A stretch of 64,000 bases of DNA from Eubacteriales bacterium. GTDB taxonomy: Bacteria > Bacillota > Clostridia > Oscillospirales > CAG-272. Below are positions 8,932 to 17,431 of this stretch, piece after piece (positions within the stretch are counted from its first letter, which is position 1; each line of letters begins with the position of its first letter). A model generated the notes under the pieces. That model had not been told where the DNA came from and did no database searches. It saw only the letters and a program-made list of their open reading frames with translations. The position numbers and the translations under genes were made by a program. The stretch is from NCBI GenBank assembly GCA_045635225.1, contig JAZRBV010000050.1, positions 2,427 through 66,426 on the forward strand, in the 5' to 3' direction.

Positions 8932-10929
8932 ATGAGACTATCCGACAGAGAATTTTTTCTCGATAAATTAGATCTTACGATCCCTATGCTGAAGAGAGCC
9001 GCCGATATGTACGAAAACGGCGATACGGCGGGGGCGTGTCGAGTTTTTGCCGATTATATCAAGGAAAATATAGATACCTCTCGCTACTTTTCCGTAGCGG
9101 GAAAGGGATATGAGGGACTGCCGAAGGGCATCGGCGAGGGGGAGTACCGCGAGATGATACTCGAGGGCTACGTATACTGTGTCGGTATGCTCTATAAATA
9201 CGAGGGCGGCAGAATTATCTGGGACTACAATCCCACCTATAACGGCTACGTTGAGTACGGCTTCCACGTCAACCATCACGAGGAGTTCGTCCATCTTGCC
9301 GATGCGTATATGGAGAGCGGCGACGAGCGCTTTGCACGCCGATACGTCGATATGATACTCTCCTGGATAGAGCAGGCGGAATGCCCCGGTAAGGCGGTGT
9401 CCGACGGTGCTCGCCCGTGGTGGCGCTCGATAGATTCCGGCAACAGAATGTACTGCGCCTGGCCCTACGCCGTCTGTGCGTTTTTGCACTCGGAGTCGGT
9501 ATCACCGCGCACGTGGGTCGACATTTTCAAGAGCATCTGGGAGCACTCATACCGTCACGTCGGACTGAATACAAAATACAACTGGCACACCTCGGAGATA
9601 TACGGTGTCGTCACCTCGGCGCTTCTTTATCCCTTCTTCCGCGAGAGCCGTGAATGGCTCGATTGGGCGATCGCTGAGGCGTGCCGACAGGTAGATATGG
9701 AGATCTATCCCGACGGTATGCAGGCGGAGCTTTGTACGGGCTACCAGCTCGGAGTTATAGGCAGCTTCCGCGCGATAGAGCGACGGCTCAGAGCGTACGG
9801 CTTACCCGTGCCCGAAAAATTCGAGCGCCTCTACCGCCTCCTCTTCTCGAGCTATATGAAGCTCGTCACCCCGTCGGGTATCGTGAACGGCACGAACGAT
9901 TCCTCACCTCTCCCTATCAAGAGAATAATGAAGACCGCCGTGGATCTTTTCCCCGACGATCCTACCTACCGTTATTTCTTGACCGACGGAGAGCAGGGAA
10001 CACCTCCCGACTATACCTCGGTGGTTATGCCGTATTCCGGCTTTGCCGTGATGCGCACCGGTTGGGAGCGCGATGCGATCTACGCTTGCCTCGATTCCGG
10101 TCCCGAGGGTACGGCACATATCCACGAGGATAAGCTTAATTTCACCCTCCACGCCTACGGCGCAAATATGCTTGACGATATCGGCTTCTATGCCTACGAT
10201 ACGTCGGATATGCGCTACTTTATAGTAGGCTCGCGCTCGCATAATACCGGACTCGTCGACGGCTACGGACAGAACCGCTCCGCAACTCACAGATGGGGCG
10301 AGGGCATCGACGTCGCCAATACGCAAACGCCCGCCTGGGGCGAGTACGCCGACGTCACAGCACTCTCGGATATCGAGTACCGCGACACTGCCGACGTCGA
10401 GCTTATGGCAGGCACCTATCGTGGCGATTACGGTCCGGAGCTTATCAAGGCACAGCACCGCCGTAAGGTCATCTTCTTCAAACGCGGTGTCGGTGCGGCG
10501 GGACCTCTCTTCCTTCTCCTTGACTCATTTGAGTCGCTCGACGGCAAGCCTCATACCTACGAGGTCTCGTTCCAAGAGAGAGCCGTTCCGTATACGTTAG
10601 TAGGGGGGCGTGTCACGAATTTCTTCGAAAATGGCGCGACATTGACTACTTTAGGTGACACGGTACCCACCGTCGCGATCGGTCAGCACGAGCCGCGATA
10701 CGTCGGCTGGCGACCTATCCACGGACCCGAAGAGCACGAGCACGAGCCGGCACCCTTCGTCTCGTTTGCAAAAAACGGCGTCTCCGCTCGCTTCGTAACG
10801 CTGCTCTATCCCTCACGCACCGAAGCTGTGCCGGAGCTCTCGGTCGCCCTCACGGACGGCGGCTTCTCACTGTCGGTTGACGGCGAGAGCTTCGCCTACT
10901 CCTATACCGATCCGATATTCGCTATCTGA
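8932..10929 (+). CDS. Heparinase II/III-family polysaccharide lyase
   Basis: The start was moved to ATG 8932 (AAAGGAG RBS); the track start 8905 is a GTG. The protein has an alpha/alpha-toroid N-terminal half, then HIHEDKLNFTLHAYG and SRSHNT, which are typical of heparinase II/III C-domains. Confidence 0.85.
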   Translation: MRLSDREFFLDKLDLTIPMLKRAADMYENGDTAGACRVFADYIKENIDTSRYFSVAGKGYEGLPKGIGEGEYREMILEGYVYCVGMLYKYEGGRIIWDYNPTYNGYVEYGFHVNHHEEFVHLADAYMESGDERFARRYVDMILSWIEQAECPGKAVSDGARPWWRSIDSGNRMYCAWPYAVCAFLHSESVSPRTWVDIFKSIWEHSYRHVGLNTKYNWHTSEIYGVVTSALLYPFFRESREWLDWAIAEACRQVDMEIYPDGMQAELCTGYQLGVIGSFRAIERRLRAYGLPVPEKFERLYRLLFSSYMKLVTPSGIVNGTNDSSPLPIKRIMKTAVDLFPDDPTYRYFLTDGEQGTPPDYTSVVMPYSGFAVMRTGWERDAIYACLDSGPEGTAHIHEDKLNFTLHAYGANMLDDIGFYAYDTSDMRYFIVGSRSHNTGLVDGYGQNRSATHRWGEGIDVANTQTPAWGEYADVTALSDIEYRDTADVELMAGTYRGDYGPELIKAQHRRKVIFFKRGVGAAGPLFLLLDSFESLDGKPHTYEVSFQERAVPYTLVGGRVTNFFENGATLTTLGDTVPTVAIGQHEPRYVGWRPIHGPEEHEHEPAPFVSFAKNGVSARFVTLLYPSRTEAVPELSVALTDGGFSLSVDGESFAYSYTDPIFAI

Positions 10930-10946
10930 CAGTGTGAAAATTTCTC

Positions 10947-10975
10947 TTGCAAAATTCGCAAGTTGATGCTACAAT
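10947..10975 (+). promoter_or_regulatory. SigA-type promoter of the DUF4432 gene
   Basis: TTGCAA, 17 nt, TACAAT. Confidence 0.5.
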
Positions 10976-11009
10976 AGTTGTATAAGAATTACGTAAAGGA
11001 GACGATCCT

Positions 11010-12065
11010 ATGAGAATAGATCTTCAGAGACACTTCTTCGACTCGGAGCGCCGCACGCTCCTCACACACGGCAATATCACCGTCACGGCATTCAGATACC
11101 CCTCGGGGGTCGAGGCACTCGCGGTAAAGAATACGCGCCTCGATTTCATCTTCACACCCTTTAAGGGTCAGCAGATCTGGCACCTTAAGGTTGACGGAAG
11201 CGAGATCTCGATGCAGACGGGTGTCACCGAGCCGCAGGATACTATGACGTATCTTAAAAACTACGGCGGCTTTCTCTACCACTGCGGTATGATATCCTTC
11301 GGCGCACCCGATGCCGAGCATCCGCACCACGGCGAGATCCCCAACGAGATCTACAATACCGCCTACGTCACGGCGGGTGAGGATGAGCGCGGCAGGTATA
11401 TTACCCTCGGCGGCTCTCACGAGCACAATACCGCCTTCATACGCCACTACCGCTTCTCGCCCGAGATCAAGCTTTACGAGGACGGCACCGTGTTCGAGAT
11501 CGACGTGACCTTTGAAAATCTGCGCGCGTACCCTCTCGAGTATATGTATCTCTGCCATATAAACTTCCGCCCGATGGACGGCGCACGCCTCCTTGCCTCA
11601 ACGCGCTACGACAGAGAGCATATCACGCTCTATCGCCCGACAGGCTCGGAGAAGCTCGACCGCTACGTTGCCGCTCTCGAGGCTGATCCCTCGCTTATGA
11701 ATACCGTCGGCGGAGAGGAGCAGTGCTACGACCCCGAAATATGCTTCGGCATCACCTTTGAGCCCGACGAGTGCGGCAGAGCCTACACGCTTCAGGACAC
11801 CGGTGATGGCGCCTGCTACGTATCCCATCCGACCGACGTTCTTCCTTACGCGATCCGCTGGATCTCCAGGACCGAGAACGAGGACTCGATGGGTATGTGC
11901 CTCCCCGCAACGGGCGAGCACCTCGGCTATCAGAATGCACGCGATAAGGGACAGATAAAGACCCTCGCTCCGAATGCAACTCTTAAATTCCGCATCGAGG
12001 CAGGCTGGCTCGACAAAGCAGATGCCGCAAGGATCGCAAAAAAGATCGAGCGGACCATTTCCTGA
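11010..12065 (+). CDS. DUF4432 / aldose-1-epimerase-fold protein
   Basis: 351 aa, RBS AAAGGAGA. The pattern is typical of the DUF4432 family (FTPFKGQQIW, HHGEIPN, YMYLCHINFRP). Confidence 0.75.
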   Translation: MRIDLQRHFFDSERRTLLTHGNITVTAFRYPSGVEALAVKNTRLDFIFTPFKGQQIWHLKVDGSEISMQTGVTEPQDTMTYLKNYGGFLYHCGMISFGAPDAEHPHHGEIPNEIYNTAYVTAGEDERGRYITLGGSHEHNTAFIRHYRFSPEIKLYEDGTVFEIDVTFENLRAYPLEYMYLCHINFRPMDGARLLASTRYDREHITLYRPTGSEKLDRYVAALEADPSLMNTVGGEEQCYDPEICFGITFEPDECGRAYTLQDTGDGACYVSHPTDVLPYAIRWISRTENEDSMGMCLPATGEHLGYQNARDKGQIKTLAPNATLKFRIEAGWLDKADAARIAKKIERTIS

Positions 12066-12077
12066 TCAAACGATAAC

Positions 12078-12110
12078 AAGGCACTTATGGCGGCTTGCCA
12101 TAAGTGCCTT
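12078..12110. terminator. Hairpin terminator between convergent genes
   Basis: Perfect 14-bp stem AAGGCACTTATGGC / GCCATAAGTGCCTT with a 5-nt loop. Confidence 0.6.
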
Positions 12111-12134
12111 CTTATACTGTCTGTAAAAGCAATA

Positions 12135-12338
12135 TTAATTTGTTTTTTCTTCCTTGGGAATTTCAATTTCTCCCTCGCTTTTTTCAAAAGCCTTTATTTC
12201 TTGTCTGATCAAATAGAGTATTTCTCCGTTTGCCGAGCGACCGTAATACTTCGATATATAGTGAAGCTTATAATGCAGCTCCGGATCGATTTCAATTCCA
12301 AGGTGCTTATTATTCTTATTTCTCATAAAAATCTCCAA
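12135..12338 (-). CDS. Ribbon-helix-helix (Arc-like) DNA-binding protein
   Basis: The sequence ...LGIEIDPELHYKLHYISKYYGRSANGEILYLIRQEIKAFEKSEGEI... is a paralogue of 2323..2493. The start could be 12338 or 12326. Confidence 0.75.
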   Translation of the reverse strand: MEIFMRNKNNKHLGIEIDPELHYKLHYISKYYGRSANGEILYLIRQEIKAFEKSEGEIEIPKEEKTN

Positions 12339-12437
12339 AGAAAAATCTTAATCTAAGTATATTTTAAGATTATTTTGTGGTATAATGTTGTAAGTATACT
12401 TGATTTAAGTATACCAAATATTTGGTTGGAGAAATTT

Positions 12438-12767
12438 ATGAAGGTTGCAGTTATTGGTTCGAGAAGTATTTTCGCGGTAGACGTAGGTATGTACATATCC
12501 GACGGAGATGAAATCGTTTCGGGCGGTGCGAAGGGAGTAGATTCCATTGCGGCGGAATATGCGAAAAAGAAAGGGCTAAAGCTAACGGTCTTTTTACCTC
12601 AATACGAAGAGTACGGTCGTGCCGCGCCGATCATAAGAAATAAAGAAATAGTGGATTATGCGGATAAGATAGTTGCTTTCTGGGACGGGAAGTCAAGGGG
12701 AACGTTTTCGGTTATAAAATATGCCGTAAAAACGGGGAAGCCGTGTGAGACTGTACTTTGTAAATAA
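12438..12767 (+). CDS. SLOG-superfamily protein (DUF2493-like, DprA/LOG fold)
   Basis: The start was moved to ATG 12438 (TGGAGAAATTT RBS). The protein reads MKVAVIGSR...SGGAKGVDSIAAEYA...YGRAAPIIRNKEIVDYADKIVAFWDGKSRGT...GKP, the DUF2493 pattern. An extended -10 (TGGTATAAT) and three AAGTATA(C) repeats lie in the shared intergenic region. Confidence 0.8.
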   Translation: MKVAVIGSRSIFAVDVGMYISDGDEIVSGGAKGVDSIAAEYAKKKGLKLTVFLPQYEEYGRAAPIIRNKEIVDYADKIVAFWDGKSRGTFSVIKYAVKTGKPCETVLCK

Positions 12768-12893
12768 TCTTTATCTCTAAACAAGATGACGTCTATCAAA
12801 AAAGAGAGAATCTATCGGCGCCCCGATTACCTCGGGCTGCTTTGCCAAGATTCTCTCTGTTTATTTTATTCGACAGTCTTATAGCAGTCGTGA

Positions 12894-13532
12894 TCACTCT
12901 GCGTCGTCGCGCATCATTACCTTTGCCATCTCGCAGATCATGTTTGCAGTACCCATGATGCCGAGAGTGGAGGAATTGATGGCGATGTCGTAGTTGTCGT
13001 ACTTGCCCCACTTGTTGCCGGTGTAGAAGTTGTAGTAGGTGGAGCGGCGCTTATCGGTCTTGTTTATAACGTCGATGATCTGTGAGGATTTGAGCTCGGG
13101 ATGACGCTCGGCAACGCGCGCCTTTCTGTGATCGAGATCGCCGTAGATAAATATTCTGAGAATGTTGCTCTCGTCGCGGAGCACGTAGTCGGAGCATCTG
13201 CCGATAACGACACAGCTGCCTGCCTCGGCGTATTCCTTGATTACGTCGGACTGGAGAATGAATAGCTTGTCGTTCAGCGGCATCTTGTAGCCGAAATGCA
13301 TCGTCGTGCCGACTATATTCGAGCCCATAGCGAGAGTATAGAGCAGGCTGTTCGTAGCGGTCTCATCGGTCTGCTTGAGGACCTCCTCGTTGAGATTACC
13401 CTTTGCGGCGGCATCGGAAATTATCTGCTTGTCATAGAGAGGAATACCGAGCTTCTCTGCGATATGCTCGCCGATCTCGCGTCCTCCGCTGCCGTACTGT
13501 CTTGCTATCGTGATGATAAGTTTCTTTGCCAT
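12894..13532 (-). CDS. Cytidylate-kinase-like family protein
   Basis: 212 aa. The N-terminus IITIARQYGSGGREIGEHIAEKLGIPLYDK is typical of this family. Confidence 0.8.
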   Translation of the reverse strand: MAKKLIITIARQYGSGGREIGEHIAEKLGIPLYDKQIISDAAAKGNLNEEVLKQTDETATNSLLYTLAMGSNIVGTTMHFGYKMPLNDKLFILQSDVIKEYAEAGSCVVIGRCSDYVLRDESNILRIFIYGDLDHRKARVAERHPELKSSQIIDVINKTDKRRSTYYNFYTGNKWGKYDNYDIAINSSTLGIMGTANMICEMAKVMMRDDAE

Positions 13533-13681
13533 GGCCTACTCCTTTGTGATTGTTTATGTCACCATTATAGCAAATTTCAGAGCGTTTGTAAAGATTTTTT
13601 TAGAAATTCGGTCAATTTTATTGTAAAAATCTCCATTCTGTGATAAAATTTAGATGAAAAAACTTACGGAGGTACAGTCTT

Positions 13682-14566
13682 GTGAAGGATCACACTCCAA
13701 TGATTATAGACGCCGCGTGGGCGCGCGAGCATATCCCGCGCCGACCGCAGCAAGCAAACAAGGGTAGCTTCGGCAGAGCGATCCTTGCGGTCGGCTCGCC
13801 GAAATACAGGGGCGCCGCGCACCTCTCGCTCGAGGCGGCACTCAGATCGGGCGTCGGATACGTCGGCTATCTCGGAGATGGGGATCTCTCTTCTGAGCTA
13901 CGCGCGAAATTTCCCGAAGCTATCTACTATGAAAAAGAGGCTTACTACGGGGGCGTGTCGAGTTTTTCCGCTATTTTCGAGACCTATTCCTCGATCCTTA
14001 CGGGCTGTGGCTCGGATATTTCCGAGGAATATTCTCGCGTCTTAGAGGCGCTTATCACCACCGACGGCGCATCGCTTACCCTCGATGCCGATGCCATCAA
14101 TACCATAGCGCGATACTCGTCACGAGACCTACTCTCGAGAGCACGCCGCACCGTCATACTTACTCCGCATCCACTTGAATTCTCACGCATATCGGGTCTG
14201 TCGGTCGAGGAGATCGCGGCTGACAGGGTAGGGGTGGCACGCAGATTTGCCGAAAAGCATGGAGTGATTCTTCTTTTGAAGGGTCACGGCACCGTTATCA
14301 CCGACGGCGAGACGGTATATATCAATTCGAGCGGCTCGACTGCACTTGCGAAGGCAGGCTCTGGAGACGTACTTGCGGGACTCATCGCGGGACTGCTCGC
14401 ATATTCCGCCTCACCCCTCGAGACGGTGGCACTCGCCGCTTATCTGCACGGCAGGGCGGGGGACACTCTCAGCGAGAGTCTTTCCGAATACGGAGTGACA
14501 CCGTCCGACCTTCCGCGACAGATCGCACGGGAGATAGCCGATCTCACAGCGACCCTAGGAAAATAA
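13682..14566 (+). CDS. nnrD: ADP-dependent NAD(P)H-hydrate dehydratase (YjeF C-terminal type)
   Basis: GTG start 9 nt after GGAGG. Motifs KGSFGR..AVGS..YRGAAHLS and GSGDVLAGLIAGLLA are present. Confidence 0.85.
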   Translation: MKDHTPMIIDAAWAREHIPRRPQQANKGSFGRAILAVGSPKYRGAAHLSLEAALRSGVGYVGYLGDGDLSSELRAKFPEAIYYEKEAYYGGVSSFSAIFETYSSILTGCGSDISEEYSRVLEALITTDGASLTLDADAINTIARYSSRDLLSRARRTVILTPHPLEFSRISGLSVEEIAADRVGVARRFAEKHGVILLLKGHGTVITDGETVYINSSGSTALAKAGSGDVLAGLIAGLLAYSASPLETVALAAYLHGRAGDTLSESLSEYGVTPSDLPRQIAREIADLTATLGK

Positions 14567-14572
14567 AAAGCG

Positions 14573-14631
14573 AAAGCAAGTGATGACCGCACCGCACGGT
14601 GTCGGTATCACTTGCTTTTTTAGTGCGCTTT
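14573..14631. terminator. Bidirectional rho-independent terminator
   Basis: A long stem AAGCAAGTGAT...ATCACTTGCTT is flanked by an A-run and a T-run, between convergent genes. Confidence 0.7.
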
Positions 14632-14684
14632 CGTTAAGCCGTCGCGCGATACGCCCTAAGACCCGATTGATGGCGGCGGAGCTC

Positions 14685-15965
14685 TTAGTAAAGCTCTATC
14701 AAACGGTAAAAATAGCTTGCCGCATCGGCGCGAGTCACGGTCTCCGTCGCATTCTCATCACCTGCAAAAATGCCGAGCGAGCACATCGCGAGCACTCCCG
14801 CTCTTGCCCAGACAGGCACCGCTTCGTCGTCGGAAAATACCGTTTCCTCACCCTCGCGATCAGCATCGAGAAGCGTTGCCATGATCTTCGCCGCCTCGTA
14901 TTTTGTTATAGGAGAATTCGGCGAGAAGAGAAGCTTACCGCCCTCGAAATCGCCGTTGATAAGTCCTGTGCGCTGTGCCGTCGCAACGTAGCTTACAAGC
15001 GATGCGGGTATCTCTGAGTTATCGTCGAAAAAGCTTTGTGTGAGACTTGAGTCGGGACGTATTCCGACGCTCTTCATCATCATCGAAACGAACTCGGCGC
15101 GCGTTACGGGGGTGTCGGGAGAGAAGTAAAGATCGTCCCCGACGATAGAGCCGCACATAACGCTCATGGCAGTCATCGCGACCGCCGCTCCGTATTCCTC
15201 GCGCCCTTGCATATCGATATATTCGGCATCACACATACGCTCACCGACCTTGACCGTGACGGTAGCGGGATAGGAGTAATTTCCGTACTCGTCACGCACC
15301 ACGTAGGTGAATTTGTCGGTACCCGTGTAACGTTTTTCGGGGGTATAGCAGAATTTTCCCGACTCCTCACCAACGAGCGAGAGCCTGCCGTATGCGGGGT
15401 AGGATACCACGATATAGGTGAGCGCGTCGCCCTCGGGATCACTTGCTGTGAGCCGTCCCCACACCGGGATATCTGCCTGTGCTCTGACGGTGGCACCGTC
15501 GTCCTCGACCCTCGGAGAATAGTTCACGCACCTCACGAGCTTGAGCGTGCATTCTATCTCACCGTCGTAGCCTCCGCCCACGATATTAAAGCCGAAGCTA
15601 CATTCCGTCACTCCGTCCGATGCGGGAATAAATACGAGCGATCCAAGATCGCCTCGCTTGATGACACGCCCCTCGCCGACACGCCTGCCGCCGAGTATCA
15701 GCGCACCCTCGGTAGAGGAGGGAAGTCGCGTGATCGTTATCGACTCGAAATCCGAGAGAGATAGCGCCGTCTTGAAGTCGGTGTCGCTGAACGTGATACG
15801 CTCACCGACGAGTCCTGTCTTCACCATACCCACGTTTTCAGCGACCGCCGCGACGCCGCTGCCGAAGCTTGCCGAGGCATACACGCCGATACCTGTGCAA
15901 AGCGTCGCGAGCAGTGCCGTGACAGTCAAAATTTTTGTGATTCTTTTCATTCTTTTTGAGTACAT
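14685..15965 (-). CDS. Secreted S-layer-homology (SLH) domain protein with an Ig/cadherin-like N-terminal region
   Basis: There is a signal peptide (MKRITKILTVTALLATLCTGIGVYA). A cadherin-like segment is present (ASDPEGDALTYIVVSYPAYGRLS...TGTDKFTYVVRDEYGNYS). Three C-terminal SLH-like repeats are seen (e.g. FSPDTPVTRAEFVSMMMK, FSPNSPITKYEAAKIMATLL). Confidence 0.8.
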   Translation of the reverse strand: MYSKRMKRITKILTVTALLATLCTGIGVYASASFGSGVAAVAENVGMVKTGLVGERITFSDTDFKTALSLSDFESITITRLPSSTEGALILGGRRVGEGRVIKRGDLGSLVFIPASDGVTECSFGFNIVGGGYDGEIECTLKLVRCVNYSPRVEDDGATVRAQADIPVWGRLTASDPEGDALTYIVVSYPAYGRLSLVGEESGKFCYTPEKRYTGTDKFTYVVRDEYGNYSYPATVTVKVGERMCDAEYIDMQGREEYGAAVAMTAMSVMCGSIVGDDLYFSPDTPVTRAEFVSMMMKSVGIRPDSSLTQSFFDDNSEIPASLVSYVATAQRTGLINGDFEGGKLLFSPNSPITKYEAAKIMATLLDADREGEETVFSDDEAVPVWARAGVLAMCSLGIFAGDENATETVTRADAASYFYRLIELY

Positions 15966-16086
15966 TCCTTTCCTTTTCGCTAGAGGTATTTTCTCCCATT
16001 TGCCGTCTTTTATTCAGCGAAATCGGCAGTAACGGTACGCCAATCGATTGAGAACGGAAAAATAGATGAAAAATCTGTTATTCGCC

Positions 16087-16115
16087 TTGACAAAGCGTGC
16101 GCGCGGGCGTATAAT
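16087..16115 (+). promoter_or_regulatory. Consensus SigA promoter upstream of ybaK-like gene
   Basis: TTGACA, 17 nt, TATAAT. Confidence 0.55.
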
Positions 16116-16202
16116 GGTTATGCTACTCATCGCCGCCAAAGATCGCTTATGTGTGGGGGCGTGTCACGTTTTTGATCAAAGTATATCCGGGAGGCGACTT
16201 AT

Positions 16203-16679
16203 ATGTCACTTGAGAGAGCAAAAGCACATCTTGAAAAATACGGCCTTGCCGACAGAATAACAGAGTTTACGACCTCCTCCGCGACGGTCTCGCTTGCCGC
16301 GGCGGCACTCGGTACCGAGGAGGCGAGGATAGCGAAATCACTCTCCTTTATGACACCCGATGGGCCTATTATCGTTGTGGTAGCCGGAGATGCTAAGGTT
16401 GCAAATAAAAAGTATAAGGATACCTTTGGCGTGAAAGCCAAGATGCTCTCCTACGAGGAGGTAGAGCCGCTTATCGGACATGCCGTCGGCGGCGTATGTC
16501 CGTTTGGAGTGGAGGCGGGCGTCAGAGTGTATCTTGACGAATCGCTACGCAGATTTGACGTAGTATACCCGGCGGCGGGTACCGCGGCCAGCGCTGTGAG
16601 GCTTACTCCTACAGAGCTTGATCTGTGTGCCGAGCCGATCTCGTGGGTCGACGTTACGGCACTCCCCGAGATATGCTGA
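16203..16679 (+). CDS. YbaK/EbsC-family aminoacyl-tRNA deacylase
   Basis: 158 aa, RBS GGGAGG. Motifs AKSLSF and GHAVGGVCPFG are present. Confidence 0.8.
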   Translation: MSLERAKAHLEKYGLADRITEFTTSSATVSLAAAALGTEEARIAKSLSFMTPDGPIIVVVAGDAKVANKKYKDTFGVKAKMLSYEEVEPLIGHAVGGVCPFGVEAGVRVYLDESLRRFDVVYPAAGTAASAVRLTPTELDLCAEPISWVDVTALPEIC

Positions 16680-17431
16680 CGGATATCGAGCGCGAGCGCT
16701 TCTCCGCCGCCGCATCTGCCGTCCTCTCGGGTGACGGTGTCGACTGCGGCATCGGGGCTCTCTCCGAGCGCTCGTTACATAGAATTTTGAAGTTATATAC
16801 CGACCCGTGTCGCGAAAATCACGAGGTCAGCTACCTCGGATACGTCGTTGACGTAATGAATTCGGACGGTATCACCGAGGTGCAGACGAGGGATTTTGCC
16901 CGCCTTCTGCCAAAGCTCGAGGCACTCCTCGCCGAGGAGCGCGTCACGGTGATATACCCTATCACCCGAATTCGCACGCTCGTGTGGCTCGACCCTCTGA
17001 CAGGCGAGACGTCGAAGCCGAGACGATCGCCGAGGCGCGGCAGACTCTCCGACGCTCTTCCCGAGCTCTCGCGCATCTCCCATCTCGTAGGGGGCGGGAA
17101 CCTCACGGTGAAGCTCTTCCTCCTCGATACCGAGGACTATAAGGTGCAGAACGGCAGAGGCAAGGACCGCAAGCATTACGCCATGCGCTACGAGCGGCTG
17201 CCTACCGAGCTTGTCGATATAGTCGAGCTCTGTGACGTCTGCGACTATGCACAGCTCTTGCCCGATGCGCTCTCCGACGGATTCACTGCCGCCGATTTTG
17301 ATCGCGCCACGGCACTGCGTGCCAGGCGCTCACACTTTTCACTTAAATTTCTTCTCGAGCTCGGACTTCTCACACGCGAGAAGGACGGACGCGTATACCG
17401 TTATTACCGAACGGAGGTAAATAAAAAATGA
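16673..17431 (+). CDS. Conserved hypothetical protein (possible PD-(D/E)xK nuclease fold)
   Basis: The start was moved to ATG 16673, which overlaps the ybaK stop (ATGCTGA). The segment LHRILKLY...YVVDVMNSDGITEVQTRDF resembles a D...E.Q/K nuclease core. This assignment is weak. Confidence 0.45.
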   Translation: MLTDIERERFSAAASAVLSGDGVDCGIGALSERSLHRILKLYTDPCRENHEVSYLGYVVDVMNSDGITEVQTRDFARLLPKLEALLAEERVTVIYPITRIRTLVWLDPLTGETSKPRRSPRRGRLSDALPELSRISHLVGGGNLTVKLFLLDTEDYKVQNGRGKDRKHYAMRYERLPTELVDIVELCDVCDYAQLLPDALSDGFTAADFDRATALRARRSHFSLKFLLELGLLTREKDGRVYRYYRTEVNKK

